This document shows, in pieces, positions 59,186 to 64,000 of a stretch of DNA of 64,000 nucleotides (positions within the stretch are counted from its first letter, which is position 1; every line of letters begins with the position of its first letter). Made by a program: the position numbers and the translations under genes. This DNA comes from Octopus vulgaris (lineage: Eukaryota), in the NCBI GenBank assembly GCA_951406725.2, contig OX597829.1:44144001-44208000 (forward strand), given 5' to 3'. The notes below the pieces were generated by a model. It was not told the origin of the DNA, did no database searches, and saw only the letters and a list, made by a program, of their open reading frames with translations.

Positions 59186-59315
59186 TAGGTAGATAGATAG
59201 AGAGATAGAGAGAGAATAATCAGAGAGGGAAAACGGAGAGCAGATGAGAAAGGAAAAATGAAAGAGAAAGAGGGATAGAATAAAAGCGTGGAAATGTAGG
59301 AGGGACAAATGCTGT

Positions 59316-59367
<52 letters not shown>

Positions 59368-59468
59368 AGAGAAAGGAATGGATGGCTTAGTAGTTAGATA
59401 AAATGAAGGATGGCTTGAAACGTTCATGGTGGATAGAAAGATACGTACATGCATCGATAGATAGATGG

Positions 59469-59560
<92 letters not shown>

Positions 59561-59598
59561 GTAGACAAACAGACAGATAGACAGACAGACAGACAGAC

Positions 59599-59658
<60 letters not shown>

Positions 59659-59665
59659 TAGATAG
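58950..59665 (+). repeat. (AGAT)n tracts
   Basis: ~58950-59200 and ~59455-59665. Confidence 0.95.
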
Positions 59666-59803
59666 ATACTGGAACAAGGAGGCGGTAAAAGAGTAAGAAA
59701 ACTGTAAGGGAAGAATGGAGAAGAGTGATAGATAGACCAAGAGGGAGGACATTATATAGACAAAAATAAAGACAAAAAGACGGGTAGAGATAAAGTGTGA
59801 GAA

Positions 59804-59842
<39 letters not shown>

Positions 59843-60734
59843 GACAGAGAGCAAGAGAATGAGAATTATCATTGGTATGAAGACAAATAGACCGATGTAC
59901 ATGAAGATGAATAGTTAGATAAGATGAGAAAAAATAAGGGATAAACGTATAATAGAAGAAAAACAACAAAAAGGAGAAATATGAGTGATGGCAACTGAGA
60001 ATCAGGCAGGCAAACTAGCAGACAGAAAAATAGAATTGATCATCTGCGACTCGATCGCTGTGTCATATGTATAAGCGGAATGAAATCGCTAGGATGAACA
60101 CGCTGACCTCTGCAAATTGAAGTCAATTGTGGACAAAAATTACAATAATATACGGTTAGCGTTTTCACCTCTCCTCCTCATCCAACCGCTAAAACCGCCA
60201 ACAACGTGGTTATAGTCAAGTCATAAAAAAAATGCAAAATAAGAAAAAAAAAGAAAATATATCGAGTAAATCGTGTTGATTTATGCTTGTTCGCTTGTAA
60301 ATGGGAAAAGAAATTTGTAATAATAGTGTTTTATTAGGGAGGAGGGGGGAGTGTTTAGAGGACAGTTGATTACATCGAGTACAGTACTTGACTGGTGGTA
60401 CCCCACAGAGAGATGAAGGTCAAAATCAACAATGGCGTAATTCAAGCCCACAACCGAAAGGGACGTAACTAAAATAGGAAATATCTTTTGTCGATAATAG
60501 TAATAATAATTATTCCCAATTTCGGTAAAAGACCTACGAATTTTTTCTTTTTCTTTTTTCCTTTTTTTTTTCTTTTTTGATTAGTGTTAAAGTGGGCACA
60601 GTACTTGGGTTGTATTTGTACTTGTACTTTATTTGATCAACCCCAAAGTATGGAAGACGAAGTTCACCTCAGCAAAGATTTGAACTCAGAACATAAATAC
60701 AGTTGAAAAGTGCATGCTGTTCTTCTGACATATT

Positions 60735-60787
<53 letters not shown>

Positions 60788-60809
60788 TTTATATATATAT
60801 ATATAATAC

Positions 60810-61012
60810 GTTCTAGTATAGGCACAAGGCCTGAAATTGCAAGGCATGTGATAGCCAATTACATCACCCCAGACTGATACTTCTGTTATAGACACCCGAA
60901 AGGATGAAAGGCAAAGTCAACCTCGGTGGAATTTGATCTCAGAACGTAAAGACGGGCGAAGTACCGCTAAGCATTTCGCTCGGCGTGCTAAGGACTTTGC
61001 CAGATCGCCGCC
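60810..61012 (-). mobile_element. Family D SINE
   Basis: ggcacaaggcctgaaatt...cccgaaaggatgaaaggcaaagtcaacctcgg...tcgccgcc. Confidence 0.8.
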
Positions 61013-61544
61013 ATGTTCTATATGTATTATAACAACTGTTTCATGTAGATCCATAAGTCAGCAACAAAAGGGTACTAGTGCACGAGTGCACTGGTTTTGC
61101 TGCACCGAATACCTCTTGGATATGTCCAGTTATTGGTAACTCTAAAAAGCGGTATCTACAAGAGTATCTATAGATTTTAAACAGAACATTCAACCTCTTT
61201 AGGACACCCGAGCTAACGGCTTTTGCAAATGGTTCATAGTCCCAGATATAGTAAGCCCCCGAACAAATAACATAAACCGTCAACTTCGACGCTCCGAACT
61301 TTTCCCGGACAATATTTATAGAAGCTGAGGAATGTGTTCCACCGACAGTATTGTCCAGTTGGTAAAGTGCAGTGAGCTCTAACAATATTCGAGGACTCAG
61401 CTATTAAGGGGGACAGTTTTCTTATTGAGGAGTTTGTGAACCAGCAGAGATAGGTCTTATTTGCAACGATGGCCCAGTACCAGTAAAACCATGGTCAAGA
61501 GTACATAATGAATTTCCTGGCCTTGAAAATGGAAAATATTTTTT

Positions 61545-62215
61545 GCGTGGCTGTGTGACAACAATCATGCTACTCAACCACATGGTTCCGGGTTCAGTCC
61601 CACTGTGTGGCACCTTGGGCAAGAGGCTTCTGTGTGACAACAATCATGCTACTCAACCACATGGTTCCGGGTTCAGTCCCACTGTGTGGCACCTTGGGCA
61701 AGAGGCTTCTATTATAACCACGTGCAGACCAAAGCCTTATCAGTGGATTTGGAAGGCGGAAACTGAAAGAAGTTCACCCTGTGCACACGCACACACACAT
61801 ACACACACACGCACACACACATACACACACACACACACACACATACACACACACACACACACACACATACAAATATATCTCTATATATACATACATATAT
61901 TTATACATATATATATACATATATATATATATATATTATATATATATACACATACATACATATATACCTGTATGTATGTCTGTATCTGTGTGTGTCCGTG
62001 TATCTGTATGTTTGTGTCATTATGTCAGTGTCTGTACTCCATTACTGCTTCACAACAGCTGTTGGTGTGTTTATGTTTCCGTAACTTAGCGGTTTAGCAA
62101 AAGGGACCGATAGAATAAAGGGACCGATAGAATAAGGCTTCAGACATATAAGTCCTGGGGTTGATTTTTTTGACTAAAACTCTTCAAGGCGGTGCTGCAG
62201 CATGGCCGCAGTCTC
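61545..62215 (+). mobile_element. SINE family A with exact ~80-bp duplication of the head
   Basis: ctgtgtgacaacaatcatgc...ggcaagaggcttc occurs twice (~61551 and ~61630). Confidence 0.85.
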
Positions 62216-62224
62216 TTTTATTCT

Positions 62225-62747
62225 GTTGTTCTTTTACATGTTCCAGTAATTTTGACTGCGGCAATGCTGGAGCACCGCCTTTAGTTGAACATATCGACAC
62301 CAGGATTTATCCTATCGAGCTCTTTTGCCAACGAACTGCTGAGTTACGGGGACGTAAGCACACCAACATCGGTTGTCAAGCGATAGTGGGGAGAAACACA
62401 CAGACACACTCTCTCTCTCTCACACACACACACACACATATATGTGTGGAGACGCAATGGCCCTGTGGTTAGGGCAGCGGACTCACGGTTGTAGGAACGC
62501 GGTTTCGATTTTCAAACCGGGCTTTTTGAGTGTTTATTGACTGAAAACACCTAAAGCTCCACGAGGCTCCGGCAGGGGTTGGTGGCGATCCCTGATGTAC
62601 TCTTACGCCACAACTTTCTCTCACTCTTTCTTCTGTTAGTCTGCTCGCTTAGCCAGCGGGGTGGCGTCATTTGAAGGCTAAAACAATGCAAAGCGCATTG
62701 TGATCAGCAATGTGTAACAACATCTGATGGTCTGGTCGGTTACGGTG

Positions 62748-62790
<43 letters not shown>

Positions 62791-62875
62791 CGACGGGCGT
62801 CTTTCAGTTTCAGTCTACCAAATCCACTTACAAGGCTTTGGTCGGCCTAATGTGATAGTAGAAGACACTTGCCCA
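62225..62875 (-). mobile_element. SINE family A (minus) with family B SINE (plus, 62446-62750) nested in its microsatellite
   Basis: A tail 62225-62410 and A body 62790-62875 flank a complete B copy. Confidence 0.85.
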
Positions 62876-63230
62876 ATGGACAAACAGAAAGAATTGTTGA
62901 CATCTTCAAAACCAAAATTCTTAAATCAAAAATGGTGTAGGAACCATCATAGAAGTAATACAAAACACTCTTACTAGTTTATCGAGGAACACCAAATCCA
63001 GAAAATAAGCAGAAAAGAAGTCACCTGCACAAGACGTGTTTGAGAGAAGGATTAGAAGAACTCTAGAGCCCATTCTGAAGAATGATTGTAAGAAAACTTA
63101 TATCTAAACGGCCAGTACCAGAGATACATTAAACACTTCCATCCTAAACAACCAGTGTGGCTACGTGAATTTTAAAGATTTTGTGCTGTTGGATGCAATA
63201 GGTAAAAGGCAACGAGGAAAAGTCTTTATT
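62875..63230 (+). mobile_element. Decayed Ty3/Gypsy integrase fragment
   Basis: NGQTERIVDIFK...YRGTPNP...KSPAQDVFERRIR across frameshifts matches the NGQAER..YR.TP..SPAE..GR integrase core C-terminus. Confidence 0.7.
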
Positions 63231-63885
63231 AGATTAAAAATATTATCAAAACAAAACAAATAACGGCTTATACACCGGGAAATAAGGTAATTGTAGTGGC
63301 AGTGACAAGTTCGCTCGCTGGTTGCTACTTGATAGTGTAGAAGGGAGGGAAAGAGTAAGGAATGCACGGTGCTGACTGGAAAGGAAGAAAGGATAAAGGT
63401 GGCATCGTCTTCGTTCGACATACGAATAGAACAGAGTGGTGACATTTAGTAGAATATTCAAGTCAATAATCAAATCTGCATAATACACGAAGAGAGAGAG
63501 AGAGAGAGAGGGAAATAATTCGAAATCACAGGGAACGACAGAGATGCCCTTGAACATTCTGTTGGAAGAATTCAATCTATCATCGTCATCGAAACTTATT
63601 CAAAAAATGATTCTCCATAGAACCTAAGTTTTACACGAGTTCGTCAAAAGCCGCCTAGGATCATTTGAGAACTGCACAAGAAGTCTTATGACAGTGGAAC
63701 TTAAAAGAAAAAATGAAGAGGTATTAAAAACCTAGTTATCTTTTTGAAGTGCCCGTGAACCAACTGGAATGGAGGCATTGTATTTTACCCCGTCCCCACA
63801 TGAACTACCCCACGTTTAACGTGATTGAAGTAATTCAGTTACAGTGTGATTGAACTAGACTACCTGCAATCAATGAAAAAAAAAG

Positions 63886-64000
63886 GAGCACTCCGTCGGT
63901 TACGAAGATGAGGGTCCCAGCTGATACGATCAACGGAACAGCTTGCTCGTGGAATTAACGTGCAAGTGGCTGAGCACTCCACAGACACGTGTGCCCTTAA
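63886..64000 (-). mobile_element. Family C SINE tail (truncated by window end)
   Basis: Reverse complement of ~11155-11270. Confidence 0.85.

Noticed and set aside
61041-61385. 114-aa non-repetitive minus-strand ORF
   Set aside because: No recognisable motif or ATG start; probably decayed transposon sequence

Overview
Eukaryotic, AT-rich, extremely microsatellite-rich non-coding DNA. The SINE families and repeat landscape suggest an Octopus (coleoid cephalopod) intron or intergenic region; this is inference. No intact host gene is visible, and almost every ORF in the supplied track is a translated microsatellite or SINE. The window holds several families of tRNA-derived SINEs (some with clear target-site duplications and swapped head/tail modules), decayed CR1/L2-like LINE 3' ends, a duplicated HERO-like RLE LINE 3' end, mariner/Tc1 remnants, a non-autonomous Helitron, a Gypsy integrase relic and Penelope-like remnants. 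The most striking pattern is a recurring class of head-to-head fold-back insertions whose arms carry hammerhead-ribozyme (HHR) core motifs (CUGANGA...GAAA-stem III-UH). The best example (276-1309) is bounded by a 13-bp TSD and couples a tRNA-like Pol III head, a microsatellite and a minimal Penelope-type hammerhead. It is a candidate ribozyme-bearing SINE mobilised by Penelope-like elements. A 166-bp tandem repeat with a hammerhead-like fold (retrozyme-like) recurs 50 kb away as a palindrome. All folds were assigned by eye and no ribozyme activity has been shown.
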